From the NCBI RefSeq assembly GCF_000372725.1, contig NW_005201403.1, positions 62,001 through 126,000 of the forward strand: 64,000 bases of DNA, read 5' to 3'. Each line of letters begins with the position of its first letter. The stretch's first letter is position 1. A program made the translations under genes and the position numbers. The notes below the pieces were generated by a model. That model was given only the letters and a program-made list of their open reading frames with translations, was not told the DNA's origin and searched no databases. The stretch is from Emiliania huxleyi CCMP1516 (lineage: Eukaryota). This document shows, in pieces, positions 11,947 to 24,982 of this stretch.

Positions 11947-12984
11947 ATGCCGTCGCCGGACGCGGCGGCGAGGCACACGGGCGCCGGTGTGGCGCGTCGG
12001 CAGGCCCACCACGAGCGGATGCGCGACGAGCGCGCTCGGGAAGCGGCCGCGGGCGACGCGGAGCTTCCGCCGGAGGACGACGCGGTCGAGATGGCGAGCG
12101 CCGCCCACGTGCTGGACAGCGTGGCGGAGGTGGGCCCGAACTACACGCTGCTGCGCAGCAAGGAGACGAAGGCGAAGCGGCGGAAGCGACAGCGCGAGGA
12201 TGCCAGGGCGGCGCTCGACGGCCACACTGTCCTGTCCACCGGATCGCGCCTCGAGATATTCTGCGACAGCGAGCGGTGGTACCCTGCGACCGTCATGGCG
12301 CGGGAGGAGGACGGGGACGGGACGGATCGTGCACGAGATCGAGTACGACGGCTACTCGGGTCGGCGGTGGTGGCACATGCTGGACGACGAGCGGTGGCGC
12401 GCCGTCCCAGAGCAGGCCGGCGCGGGCGCAGGCGGCGCTGCTGCAGACGGGGATGGGGATGCGGCGATGGACCGCGCGGACGGCGAGCATGGCGCCCGTG
12501 CCGCGGGCGCCGCCGAGGCGGCCGAGGTGCGGCCGGCGCCGCCTCCTGTGCGCCGCGGTGTGCGGCGCAGCGCGCTGGCGGACGCCCTCGAGGCGGAGAG
12601 GATGACGAGCAGCAGGACGAGGCTGCGCGTGGCGATGAGCGGCCGATGCTAGCGCCCCACGGGCCGGCGCTGTCGGCGCACCTTCGGGTCGTGCGCCTGC
12701 GGCTGCGCGAGTTCCTGGCGGCGCAGGCCGCGGCGGGGAAGAGCGTGCCGATGCAGCGGACGGCTCTCGGTCTGCACCCGACGATGCGGTGGACGATCCG
12801 CTTCGGCAAGTGGCTGGCGACGACGCGAATCACCGCGCCGAGGGCGAGCCGGTGGCACGCGACCGAGCGGGGCGACGCGCGGGACGAGGAGCCGACGGTG
12901 CGCACGGGTCGCGGCGAGAACACGATCTACGTCGCGCTGCAGCACATGAAGAACCACGTGTGGCGCGTAGGAGGTGGTGGATGA
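11947..12984 (+). pseudogene. Frameshifted coding remnant containing a Tudor-like domain; possibly transposon-derived
   Basis: GSRLEIFCDSERWYPATVMAREEDGDG (ORF 11893) continues as RIVHEIEYDGYSGRRWWHMLDDERW in another frame (ORF 11987), with no room for an intron. Ends abruptly in low-complexity DNA. Confidence 0.4.
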
Positions 12985-13393
12985 TGGTGGTAGTGTGAGG
13001 TGGTGTGGGTTGTGTGATAGAATGGAGGTGAGTTGAAATGGATGGGAGAGGTGGTGTGGGATGTGGGATGGGTGAGTTGTCGTGCGGCAGCAACGGTCGG
13101 CAGGCCCTCCGCCGTACCGAGGCGGTGCCCGGTGCCGAACCTGTCGGACCTTGAGACCCAGCGTTGTATCACACCGCAGCTGCGAGGGCCAACCAACTCC
13201 AAGGGATTCGTAAAAACTATAATATGGGGGCGGGCGGACCACCTGCCTGCAGCCTGGGCTCCGTGTTACCCATCTCCTAGTAGTCGTTATTTTTGATTCG
13301 TACTGACGTATACGTACTCTTAGATCTCTTGCATGTGCACACATGCACACATGCGCACATGCATGCACAGATACAGCTTTACATATCTATGTA

Positions 13394-14173
13394 TCATCTC
13401 GTCTCAATTCCTGCCCCGCAGTGCATCGACGTCTCTGGAGCGTGTCGTTCCTCATCCTCCGCCGCTCTCGCATACAGCGGCCGTATAGCGAGCGAGCAGC
13501 ACGAGCACTCGAGCGTCTGCGCGACCGGCGAGGGGGCAATGAGCTGCGCGCGAGCTGCGCGGAGCGGGGCAGCGGCACCGCGCCTCGATGCCGGCGCAGA
13601 GCATCTGCTCCGTCAGCTCAAAGGCGGCGCCGCACCGGCAGGCGTAGCTCCAAACGCCTTGCCCGTCGCTCCCCTCGGCGTAATCCATCTACTTGCACAT
13701 AGAGCGCTCAACAGGGTGCCGGCATGCCACCGGGGCAGGAGGGGCGCCGGCACCTCCCCCAGGTCGACCGGCGCCGCGCGGGCCCGCACGCGAGCCGCCG
13801 CGGCCTCGTCCGCGCGGAGCGACGCGTCATACAGTCGCCGCGCCTCGGGATCGCGCACCTAGCAGAAGCGCCTCGCCTCACGACACGGCACCCGCGTCGT
13901 GCCGTGGCCAGAACGGTGTGGCCGCACCGCCTCCCACGCCTCCTGCAGCGCCACAAAATCGACGCTGGCCGCTCGAGACAACGAGCCGGCCGCGCGGTCG
14001 GGGTGCTGCTCGCGCGCCAGCCGGTGGTACGCACGCCGCAGCTGCGCCGGCGCAACTCGGGCTGTCAGAGGGCTTCGGCTTCGGCTGGCACGAGCTTGGC
14101 TGGAGGAGGGCGTGCGCACCTCGTCGCTGCTCGCGTCACGCGGCACGCCCAGCAGCTCGTACGCCGTCGCCAT
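13394..14173 (-). CDS. DPH4: Diphthamide biosynthesis J-protein (J domain plus CSL zinc finger)
   Basis: MATAYELLGVPRDAS...LRRAYHRLAREQHPDR...LQEAWEA|VRDPEARRLYD (J domain, HPD motif); YACRCG...GIE|TLECSCCSLAIR (CSL zinc finger); several short introns. Confidence 0.85.
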
Positions 14174-14823
14174 GCGACCTCGCGCTCCACTCAGGCCCTG
14201 GGTCAGCGCCGTCGATGGCCGCGAGGCTCTCTCTCGCTCCGCGGTGTTCTTTTTTCGGTTCTTAGGTTGCTCGGAGATAGCCGCGCCGCGGCTATGTAGG
14301 TTATCCTTCAACGTGAGGAGAGGTGGACAGCAAGCAAAAAATACGCGATCCAAATGGGATGCTAGCATGAGCCCGATGCGTCGCAGTGCTCTTGCGTTTC
14401 GGCGGTAGTGATCTGATCACCCGAACAAACAAACCCGAATACCATGCCCGCATCAATGTTGGTGGGCAAAGCCCGCCGCCGACCGAACCAGGTATTGATC
14501 TTGGCTCGGTAGGGGAGATCTAGCTTTAGCACATAGTCTACATACATACATAGTCACCTGGGTACTGGGTAAGTCCACGGTGGCGACACCACAACATAGG
14601 GGCATACACAATGTGTAGGGCACGGAAAGAAAGTTCACGTGGTGGCGGCCCACGCACGAGAGTCGGCGGCCAGGCGTGGAGCGCGGGTGAGGCGAGCCAC
14701 CTTATCGGGGTCGAAAAAGGCGTGATGTCCTTCCCATGATGAGCGCCGAAGTGTCCATGTGTCCATCGGCAGCAGCGTCGCGACCGGAGCTGTCGGCAGC
14801 TCACAGAGGCGACAACAAAATTA

Positions 14824-15294
14824 CAGTGGGTTGCGGGCATTAAGAAAACAGAATTTGGCGGCACGCCGCCGTTTCTAAGCCTTTCCACAGCGGCCCTCAC
14901 CCACCCCACGCCGTGGTTTCTTAGCTCCGGCCGGCACTCAGGCCAGAGCCGGCCCCCTAAGGATTTTAGGTAAGAGGTAAGCTGCTAGCTGCGGTCCGCG
15001 AGGGCGATGCCAGAGAGTCTGCCGCCGAGTCGGCTCTCTGGATGACGGGAAGACGCACACACGCCTCCATCTCCACTCCACTCAGAACACCGTAGACTTG
15101 GAAAGTGACAAGTGCGCGCGCCGCAGGCGAAGAGAAATTTTGAGCTGGGGCCGCTCCCGTTCACACGAGACTCGTGTCTGGCTGGCCTTTTCTCGGGGCC
15201 GCGCCTGCGGCGCGCCGTGGTTTCTTAGATTTTTGCGGAAATCTCTTGGTAGGGGTTCTTAATGCGACGTTTTCTTAATGCCCGCAACCCACTG
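14824..15294. mobile_element. Tc1/mariner-pogo type MITE
   Basis: Perfect 26-bp TIR CAGTGGGTTGCGGGCATTAAGAAAAC at both ends, flanked by TA (14822-14823, 15295-15296). No ORF. Confidence 0.9.
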
Positions 15295-15552
15295 TAAGGA
15301 CACGACGAAGCCCCCTCGCTCGCAAGTAAACGTGAACGACATTTATTTGGTCTGTGCCCGGAATGGGTAGGCTAGGTGCACGAATGGGAACCGGAAAAGA
15401 AAGAAAGAAAGAAAGAATTTAAACAACAGAACTCTCTCTCACAGAAAGAAAGAAAGAAAACGGACAAGCCAAGGGAGGAATGGGAACCGGAAAAAGCTGA
15501 AAAAGGCGGGAAAGGGGGCGCGCCGGGGCCCGCGCTTTTTACCAGTGGCACA

Positions 15553-16467
15553 ATGGCGACCCACGGCTCCGGCTCGGCGTTTCCCACTGCCGCTTTGGTC
15601 TGCGCCATGCGTGCAGAGGCCACGAGGCTCGGCATCGATCCCGACCTTGGCGAGCCTGACATGCTGGCGGAGAGCTTTGCGGGCGATCTCGGCCGCGCTT
15701 TCCTGAACGCCTTTCGCGCGGCTGGCGGCAGCACGCCTGAAGGCGAGGCCCGGGGAATAATCCACCGCACGAACTACTACGACGCCGCAATGTTGCAGGC
15801 TGTCCAGAGCGGGTGCACGCAGCTCTTGCTTCTCGGCTCGGGGCTCGACACGCGCGCATGGCGCCTCCCACTGGGTGAGGGCGTGACCGTGTTTGAGGTT
15901 GACGTGGCTTGCGCACATGAGTTCAAGCGCGAGCGGCTCGCAGAAATCGAGCAGGAGCAACCTATCCGCGATGGCACGACCGAGTCCCACGCAAAGAAGC
16001 TCGCGCACCTGCGGGGTGCGAAGTGCAAGCGGGTTGAGGTGGACGCCGACTTGAGTGAGGCCAGGTGGGGGAGGCTCGTGGCAGATGCCGGTTTCGACAT
16101 GGAAAGGCCAGCTTTCATCCTCGCAGAGGGGCTACTTATGTACCTGCCGGACAAGGACGTGACCGAGGGCCTTTTCAAGCAGGTTCGCGGGCTCATGGCA
16201 CCAGGCTCGTGGTTCATGGGGTGCGCGTTTGTCAGTGGTTTGGGCTGCGCGGACGCCGCGGACAACGGTGTGATGATGAAGTTCGGCTGTGCGTGGACGT
16301 TCAAGTTTGAGAGCGCAGACGAGGTGCGCGACGCGCTGGAGGCGACGGGCTTTGGCTCAGTGACGTTGAAGCAGGCCCAAATCTTCTTTGACCAAGGAGC
16401 GGGCTTGGTTCAGACCAGCTCTCCTGGCTACCAGTACTTCAGCGCGCGACGCGACACGGAGGCGTGA
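15553..16467 (+). CDS. SAM-dependent methyltransferase, leucine-carboxyl-methyltransferase (LCM / TIGR00027-like) family
   Basis: RTNYYD...QLLLLGSGLDTRAWRL...VFEVD...ADL...AGFD...FILAEGLLMYL. Intronless; first ATG at 15553. Confidence 0.85.
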   Translation: MATHGSGSAFPTAALVCAMRAEATRLGIDPDLGEPDMLAESFAGDLGRAFLNAFRAAGGSTPEGEARGIIHRTNYYDAAMLQAVQSGCTQLLLLGSGLDTRAWRLPLGEGVTVFEVDVACAHEFKRERLAEIEQEQPIRDGTTESHAKKLAHLRGAKCKRVEVDADLSEARWGRLVADAGFDMERPAFILAEGLLMYLPDKDVTEGLFKQVRGLMAPGSWFMGCAFVSGLGCADAADNGVMMKFGCAWTFKFESADEVRDALEATGFGSVTLKQAQIFFDQGAGLVQTSSPGYQYFSARRDTEA

Positions 16468-18932
16468 GGGTAGGAGGCGTGAGGTTAGGAGGAAGGAGGC
16501 CAGTGTCATGGAGTCTTCTACCGTGGGATAGACCCGCCCGACCAGTCCAAGCGGAAGTGAATCCGACCAGCCGCTCGTCGTCAGTGGCGGAGTTCGACGG
16601 CCGCGTGGCGCTGCACAGCGGCTCGACGGGCGGCGTGCGTTTTTTCTTGCCGTGCCACCAGATGTGCCGTCGCCTCCTGTCACACCCCACACCCTCTGCA
16701 ACCCGCGGGGAAACACGGTTACGAATCGGGAGGCCAGGGAGGGGCGCAGAGCGGCCCGTGCCGAGATGCGACTTACAAGGGTCCCGGACCACGAGACTCG
16801 GCTTTTCTTACCCCCGACATTACTCCGTGATGCGCTCCCCGCTCCCGTTCCCCGCCTGCGCCGCCCCTCATCGCGTCTCGCACGCACTTGAAGTTTCGAC
16901 GGCAGGATTTCTCTTTTGTTGTAAAATTCTCTTTTGTGTGAGAGGTTCTCGAGGTTCTCGAGGTGGATATCCTTTGGCCGCGTTGGGTAGCGAGGATTGG
17001 TGTAACCCGAGCCACGGAGGCGTGTTTTCTGACGGCCGACCGTCAGTGCACGGAGTTGCCCCTTCTCCGACTGCCCCGGCTAGTTCCCGAGGTCGCGCGG
17101 GGCTGACCCCTGTGTCCCCCGGGACCTAGCGCGGGTGGGTTGGAGGGGGGCTCGCTGCAGGGAAGGGCTGTGTAAGAAGCCGATCCCCGTAGTCTGCCCC
17201 GCTCCTCCCCATCGGGCCGCATGAGCGGCCACGCCTCGCAGATTCGTTTTCGTGCCTGGGTCAGGCGCGCGGGGCATCCCCCGGGTCGCTCGACCAGCGA
17301 TCCGAAGAGTGGCCGCTATGCGAGGGGAAGAGCGGGGGCCCCGACGCCTCAGTCCGGCCCTCCGAGGGGGGAAGGGAATTGCGGGGTCCCCACGGGCGCC
17401 TCTCTTCGGCCCTCCCGAGGGGGGAGGGGAGCAAGGGGGTGGGGGGATCGGGGCGGGGGGGAGGGGTCTCGCTCTCGGGTTTCGTGAGGCTAAACTTGCC
17501 TTTCGGGGAGGGGCCTCAGGAAAGGCGCGCATGCAGCCCTACGTCTTCCCCTCCTCCCTCGAGGCAGCGAGTAGGCAGCGAGTAGTTGTAAAATTCTCTT
17601 TTGAGCTAGCCTTCGACGTTATGACAACAAACGCCAGGCGGACACACAATGACACATCGCGGCTCTCGGGCCCGCACACACCGCCACCCCCGTGCGCGTT
17701 CGCAGGGCCTAACACGGGTCTCCGAGGGATAGTTCCGAGAGAGATGAAACCAACGAAATAAGTCTTCTTTCTAGTTCCGTGTACCGGGTTTCCCCTTGAC
17801 TGCAGAACGCCCCCTCTCCCTACTCGGAGCTAGGACACGGGTCTCCGTCCACGAGGGATAGTCCGCGCTTTGGGTTTCCCCTAGCAGCGGAGCGCACCCT
17901 CTACTCGGAGCTAGTAAACGCGAGAAACGCAGAAAGAAAGAAAGAAAACAGACACCCCAAGGGAGGGATGGGACATGGGAGGACGCTCTGCCAGGACAAG
18001 GTCCCCACCTGCACGAGCAGGATCTTGTAAGGACGATCAGGGACACAGGGGAACCTACGGGAGTGGTGAGCGGCTCTGCGCCTCCGAAGAAAGAACAGGT
18101 TCTGGAAATTCTTCCGGTGCTTCCTGGCAGGCTTCCTGGCAGCGCGCTTGTACACTTGTTCACCTGGAAGGGGTCGCCAGGGCTAGCCCCGGCAAGAGCC
18201 GTGACCTGCATCTGACCGAGCCGCCCGTCGAGCCGCTGCCGCCCCTCCGCCGCCTCGGGCTCGGCTCGCTCCGCACGAGACAAAATCGAGATTTTGCGAG
18301 ATCGCAGATGCGGTTCGGGACGTTCTTTTTGTGAGCTGCTCGTGTGTTCTAAGCATGTAAGAGGATGCATGGAGAGCAAAAAGGCGTGGACACGGGCTAC
18401 TCTGGCCAACCCCACATCTCCCGTCCCGACCCCTAGCCCCCCTCTCTGATAGGACAACGGGAACAATCGTGACTCGGTATACCTCGCGAGAGTCATTCGA
18501 AATCGGAGTCCGAGGCGGTGGGCCGGGCGGCATCGTCTCGCCTCCTCGCAGGGCCTCCGGGGTCCGCATGCTCAAGTCCGGAGAGCTCTCGACGCTTGCC
18601 ACGTGAGCAGTAGCAGACCGCGCTCTCCCTCTCGCGTCGCGACGCGACGTCCGACGCGGCGCGCCTCATTTAGTTGCACGCCGCAGCATTTGTTGCACTT
18701 CCCTGTAACACGATCACGTTGGCGACTTCATCTACTTTGCTGTGAACGTGAGAGTGTATTGAGATGGGCGCATTGATTGGAACATCGCGGCCCGCCCGCG
18801 ATGGGCGATGGCACCGATCAGACAGGAGAACGAGACAGATGTTTTCAAGTGAAAAGGAGTGTTTTTGCATGAACGGCCCCCTGCACGGGGTTGTGCGAAT
18901 GATGAACAGCGCCTTTTTTGACCGAGCGAGCC

Positions 18933-20285
18933 ATGCTGTCGGACTCGGTCATCGACCTCGACGAGAATTTTCTCGCGGTGCTGATCGTCTACTTCGGACC
19001 GCTTCCGCCGTGGCTGCCGCTCACTCTCGCGTCGATGGCGGCGAACCCGACCGTCTCCTTTTCGGTCGTCGGCGACGCGCCGCCGCCATATACCGGCCTG
19101 CCGCCGAACGTGCGCTTCGAGACGGTCGGCTGGGTCGAGATGCAGGCGAGGCTCGGCGCGCTCAGCGGGCGGCGGGTGTCGTACACGCGGCAGTACAAGG
19201 CCAACGACATCAAGCCGCTCCTCCCAGAGCTGTACCCGCACCTGCTCGCTGGGCGCTCCTGGTGGGCGTGGAGCGACCTCGACGTGGTGTACGGCGATCT
19301 GCGCGCTCACATGGCACTGGCGCTGCGCGCGCCCGCGTGCTGCGCCGGGCGCGAGCTCCAGTGCTCCAAGCGGCTGCGGCGCGACCGCCGCTCGCCGTGC
19401 TTCAACTCGTCGCGTGCTCCGCCCGGCCGGTCGGCAGACACGTGGCGCGACGCGCGTGCGTGCCCGTGCACGGCAGGCGAGCGCGTGACGGCGGTGAGCC
19501 CGCTCTACCCCAACCCTTGGCGCAAAAAGTGCTGGGGCCCGTTCACGGCCTTCCGCGTGGAGGGCGGCGCCTCCGCCGCCGGCGCGCGACCGCCCGCCAC
19601 CACCACCTCTCTCTTCCGGCGGGCGCCCAAGTGGCGGCAAATCGTCGGCACAGCCGAGTACGCACACTTTGATGAGTGGTGGGGGCCGCTCTCGGCGCGC
19701 GGCTTCGAGACGATGGGCGACGTGATGACTCGCCTCTCCGACGCGGGCGAACTCGTCATGTCGCGCGCGCTCCTCCCGTTCGCCGAGGCGAAGAGCTGCG
19801 CCGACGTCGAGTGCACCTTCTGCCCGTGCGGCGCGCTGCGCTTCGAGCTGCGCGGCGGCAAGCTGCTCGTCAACGAGCGCGAGGCGATGCTGCTCCACCT
19901 CTGCACTCCAGTCGGAGCATGATCTTGGAACAAAGGTTGCCCCACTGCTACTGCTGCTAGGCGATGCTGCTCCACCTCTCCGAGTCGAAGCCCGCGTGGC
20001 GCGAGCACGCGCGCCGCCACCCGCTGCCGCCGTGGCGCGCCGGCGCGCAGCCCGAGTGCGTGCGCGTGAGCGGCCTCGGAGCGTTCGCGCCCGACGACGC
20101 GCTTGGCGCCGTCGGCGCGCTGCTACGCCGGCGCACGGCGCTGCGCCGCCACCGGCCGCTCTCGGAGAAGGCGGCGCCGCACCTTCTCTACGGCGACGCC
20201 GCGCTCGCGCTGCCCGGCGCCGAGCGCCTCAACGTTTCCGTCGGCGAGTGCGCAGAGAGCGCCTTTGACGACAGCGGCGACGTGA

Positions 20286-20325
<40 letters not shown>

Positions 20326-21219
20326 ACCGCCCGCCGCGGGTAGATGGCACTCGCGCGCGCTTCTAGGAACCTTCTAGGAACCTTCTAGGAACCTTCTAGA
20401 AACCTTCTAGGTGCGATGGCACTCGCGCGCGCTCGGCGCGACTTTGAAGCGCTCGCCGCGCGGTACGCGGCGGCGGTGGCGGCCGAGCTCGCGCACTCGC
20501 TTCGGTGGATCTGCGCGTGGGCGCGGCTCGCGGCTGTCTACCGCTCCCTCGTCTCGCGCGTCGAGCCGGGCCACCCCGCCGCGGCCAAGCTGCCAGGGCT
20601 CAACGGCAACCGGCGCGTGCGCACGCCGCTGTGGGCGGGAGAGCGCCTCGGCTGGTGGCGGCAGAGCCCAACGTGGGCGGTGCACGACTGGGGCGGGAGG
20701 GCCGACGACCGGCCTAGCGACCGGCCGCCCGACGCCGGCGGCGAGCACCGCGCGTGCCTTTGCTCGGCGCCGCCGGCGCCAGCGGGCTCGTGCTTGGCGG
20801 AGGGCGGAGCGCACTCGTGCGCGCGGCCGCTCGACGCACGGGGCGCGCCGATTGGGCAGCCGTGCCTCGGCAAGCGCGTCGACGGCCGGCCGAGCTGTGG
20901 CGAGCGGTGCGGCGCGGCGGAGCTGCTCGACGAGCTGCTCGACGGCTATTTCGCGCTGCTCAACCGGCAGGCGGTGCTCGCCATCCGCTCGCAGCGGTGG
21001 CGCTGCTCGTGGCTGTACAAGCTGCGCGCATGCTGGACAGCGGAGGGGCTCGCCACCCACGCCGACCCCGAGCGGCCGCTGCCGCCGTCGAGCGGCGCGG
21101 CGTGCGCGAGCGTGCTCCCCCCACAGGACGAGGGGCGGCTCGGGTGGGGCAGCGCGAACCCCGCCAACCTGACGAGGGGAGAGTTGGACTCCCTCCTCTA
21201 CCGGTGGCGTTGCTGGTGA
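18933..21219 (+). CDS. DUF6625-like putative glycosyltransferase with Cys-rich extensions (3 exons)
   Basis: IVYFGPLPPWLPL...ANPTVSF...LPPNV...YKANDIKP...WWAWSDLDVVYGDL (DxD). Introns 19884-19960 (GC-AG) and 20340-20410 (GT-AG) join ORFs 18918, 19964 and 20416 in frame. Confidence 0.65.
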
Positions 21220-21689
21220 TGGAGAGAGAGTGTGTGTGTGTGTATAAGTCTTACCCAGACGAGTATCTCGAATGGGAATGCCCCCCCAAATAACAATTCA
21301 TCCCAAATAACAATTTTTTATTTCCCGGCCCCCGCCCCCAATGCCCAAAAACCCAGCATCAGCAAATGAATTTATATTTTTTAACGGTCTCGCAAGACTC
21401 ATTGGAAAGCTCAGAGCCTCGACACGCGCAGCTACTCTACGTACGCTCGATTTTCTACTATACACACGTACGGCAGTCTGGCGACGGGGACAAACGAATA
21501 CGATCCGCGCGGGCGACGAATTCCGGTAATTCGCCCTCCCGAAATAGGTAGAGTAATCGCCCCCATGCCATCCCACAGCCGTCGTCTGACGTTTGTGGCT
21601 AATGTGTCGCGCGCCCGCCTTCCCTTCACAAGAGCGGCGAGTCGGATCGGCGCTCGGTGGGCCCAAGAGTACAGCAATGCCGAGCTGGT

Positions 21690-24600
21690 TCACGTCGTGC
21701 AGTGGATTCCGTCGCCTGCGCCGTCGAGCAGCGGGATCGGGTAGGGCAGCAGCACGCGCGTGAGCAGCCACGGCGGCGGCGGGAGGAGCGCGAGCTCCGC
21801 CGCGCCGCACGCCTCGCGCGCCCGCCCGACCACGCACGAGACGAGCCCGTCCGCCGCCTCGTCGAGACTCACCTGCGGCGGGCGGCGGCGGGCGTGCGCG
21901 CGCGACGCGGGCCTCTTCCGCCGCGCCTCTGCAGCGGGGCGAGCCTTCTCCCCCGCGTGCGCGCGCCACTGCGTGGGCGTGCCGAGGCCGGGCGGGAGAG
22001 GGGTGTACTCGAGGGAGAAGGGCTCGCCGCGCCTGCAGGAGGGTTCGGAGAAGGGTCAGAGAAGGTTCGTGTCGACTCGAGGGGGAGGAGGGATCGCAGC
22101 GCCGCCGCGCGAGCGCGAGGGAGCGGCGGAGCTCGTAGGCGGGTATGACGTACGCGGGGTCGGACGAGTCCTAGGACCGCCACCGCGCGCCTCAAGAGAC
22201 GAGCCGCGGCCGAACGAGCGGCTGCTCGGCGCGCGCCGTGGCGCCCGCTGCGGCGGCGGCGGCGTGCAGCGCGGTCTTGTCGTGGTCGTAGCTTCGCTCG
22301 TAGTAGTTCCTCGCGGCGTAGAACTCAAAGTAGCGGCCGCTCGCGTTGGCGGAGGAGAGGAGCTCTCTCGCGCGCAGAGGAAGCTTGTCTGTCATCTCGG
22401 CGCCGCCCACCTACACGGCCGTCCCCCGAGCCTCTGCTCGGAGCCCTACCGGAGCCCGCCCGTCCGCTCGGCGCCGCGAGCGAGAGCAAGACGGACCTGT
22501 TCACAATGGGAGGGCGTGAGCAGAGGCGCTGTCCACACTCCTCCGATGGGAAGGCGGACGGACGAGTTCGTCGCGTCGATGCGGACGAGCCCTCCGCCAA
22601 AGGCGTCGGACAGCCACGCCGGTGCGGCAGCGGCGCTGCTTTGCTCCGCGAGGGCGGTCTGCAGCAGCCCCGTGGGGACGAGGAGGTGGTTCGAGCCGCC
22701 TGTCGGCAGACGGGTGCGGTTTGGCCGTGGAGGGGAGAGTGAGGACGAGGAAGCGCGTCGCCGTAGTTCTTGACGTTGCCGTACATCGTCGAGCTCGCCA
22801 TCATCTGCAGCCCGAGCACGGGGCCGAGGAAGCCGTACGCGGCGGCGGCGGCGGCGGCGGCGCCGGTGAGGTCGGTGGCGTGGGCGAGCGCGAAGCGGAG
22901 AGGGAAGCGCGGCGCCCAGAGGCAGAGGAGCGCCACGCCGAGGCCGCAGCACGGTAGCGTGGCTGAGGGGAGGGCCGCGGGCGGAACGGCGACGAGCGCG
23001 ACGAAGGTGGCCTAGCAGGGGGTGTGGGGGGGGGGGGGGGGGGGGACTACGCTGGCTGGGCTGGAGCAGTTGGGCTGGAGTCGGGCTGGGGTGGCTGTGC
23101 TGGAGTAGGGCCGGAGTAGTCGGGCTGGAGTAGTCGGCTCGCCATCTTGGCGACAGCGTGCGGCTGCTCCTCGAGGCGGAGGTGTCCGTATGCGCCCGAG
23201 GCACCGCCACCGCCACCGCCTGCCGGCGCGGCGATCGAGAGGAAGTAGAAGAGGGCGAGGGCGAGGAAGATGCCGCCGTGCGCGTCGAGCGAGCCGTGGA
23301 TGGCGACCATCACGCCTGGCGGGGAGGTACTTTATCCTTGTCTTTCTTTCAGCCCGCATTTTCGACATCACGACCGCACCGCCGGCTTGTTGACCACACT
23401 CCATACGGGTGGCCGAGGGGTGGCCGAGGTGTGGCCGAGGTGTGGCCGAGGTGTGGCCGAGGTGTGGCCGAGGGGTGGCCGGAGTGTGGCCGAGGGGTGG
23501 CCGAGGTGTGGCCGAGGTGTGGCCGGAGTGTGGCCGAGGAACAGCCGCACGCCCGTGGTGACGGCGACGAGCGCGGTGGCGCCGACGGCCCGCGGAGCGA
23601 AGCCGACGCCGCGGCGGAGAGTTGCCGATGCGCCGGCGGCGGCGGCGGGGAGGAAGATGATTTGTCGCGCGCACATGGCGATGGAGAAGCCGCCGGCGTA
23701 GGTGGCTGGCATCAGGTTGATGGTCTGGTGGAAGACGAGGGCGAGCAGGACGCCTAGTGAGTCGTCATGAACGAGGAGTCCGTCATTCGGTCAGTCATGA
23801 GGAGGTCTGGTGGAAGATGAGGGCGAGCAGCAGCCGGAGGGGGGCGGGACGGGGGCGTGCAGGGAGAGGGGGAGGAGAGGGGGGCGAGGCGGGGAGGAGG
23901 GGTTGGAGAGGAGGGTTGGAGAGGGAGGGTTGCCGTGGCGTGGCTGCAGGAGCAGCAGGGCCGGCACTGCGAACTCGATGCCGGCGACGAGGGCGGGCGC
24001 CGCGTGCAGCATGAGCCCGCTCAGGGTGGCGAGGGGCGGGAAGAGGGGCTCGAGGCCGGAGAGGAGCTCCTATCGACTGAGGCGTGGCTGGTGAAGGAAT
24101 GGCTCATTCCGAGGGGCTCGAGGCAAGAGAGGAGCTCCTATTCCGTGGCGTGGCTGGGGGTACGGGGCTGGAGCGGCGGGGAGGAGCGGCTCGCGGCGAG
24201 AGGAGCAGTTCCGACATGAGGACTGTCGAGCACGAGTAGTGGCCGTCGTACCTGCCGGGAAGGATTAGAGCTTCCAACAGGCGGCCGCATCTCGGCTGCA
24301 TCTCGTCTGCATCTCGTCTGCATCTCGCACCACGAGGAAGTGAGCTTCCAAAAGGCGGCCGAGAAGTAGAGGACGACTAGCTGCGCGCGCATCGCCGGGA
24401 GGAACTTGCGAGCCGTCTCCGCCATCGAGGAGGATGTGGCGGCGGCGAGCACGAAGGGGGCCTCCATCAGCGCGCACCAGCACATATAGTCCCACACCGC
24501 CTAGCAGGAGGCGCTCGAGCGACGGCTCAGAGACGGACCCTCTCTGGTCTGCGGACATGCAAGTCCGGCCCGGCCGGCATCCGGTCGGCCCATCCGACGA

Positions 24601-24982
24601 CGTTGACGAGGTGCGCGAGAAGGAGGAGCCGCCGGCCGGGGAAGAGCAGGCAGGCCAGCGCGAGCGGCAGTCGTACGAGCCAGTCGTAGTCAAAGTGGGC
24701 GCGCAGGCAGGCGCCTGGCCCGGTCTGGCAGCTCTCGTCGATCATGCCTGCTCGGAAGGAGGAGGAGTGAGAGCAGCCGCGGAAGCTCGTCGCGCCGCAC
24801 TGGTTGTGTCGAGAACAATGACCCGTCCTAGGAGGCGCGAGCAGGGCAGGCGGGCGGAGCGCACGGTGATCCATAGCTCCCGCAAGCGCAAAGGCCTGGT
24901 CGGCGAACGGCGCGAGCTGGTGCAGGCACCAGAAGCGTGCGTATGTGGCGAGGGCCGCGTGCTGCTGCGCGTCAGATTGCAT
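21690..24982 (-). CDS. HTTM-like (vitamin K-dependent carboxylase-related) multi-pass membrane protein, many exons
   Basis: Exon pieces VWDYMCWCALME, QLVVLYFSAAFWKLTSSW, AGIEFAVPALLL, LALVFHQTINL, LGLQMMASSTMYGNVKNY, GGSNHLLVPTG; introns contain 11-bp repeats. Confidence 0.55.
23408..23538. repeat. Intronic 11-bp minisatellite (GTGGCCGAGGT)n
   Basis: About 12 tandem copies. Confidence 0.9.

Noticed and set aside
12647..12984. Possible tyrosine-recombinase N-terminus of a DIRS/Ngaro element
   Set aside because: No catalytic R-H-R-Y motifs are visible and the sequence is truncated.
14362..14820. Short minus-strand coding-like ORFs next to the MITE
   Set aside because: No recognisable motif or coherent gene model.
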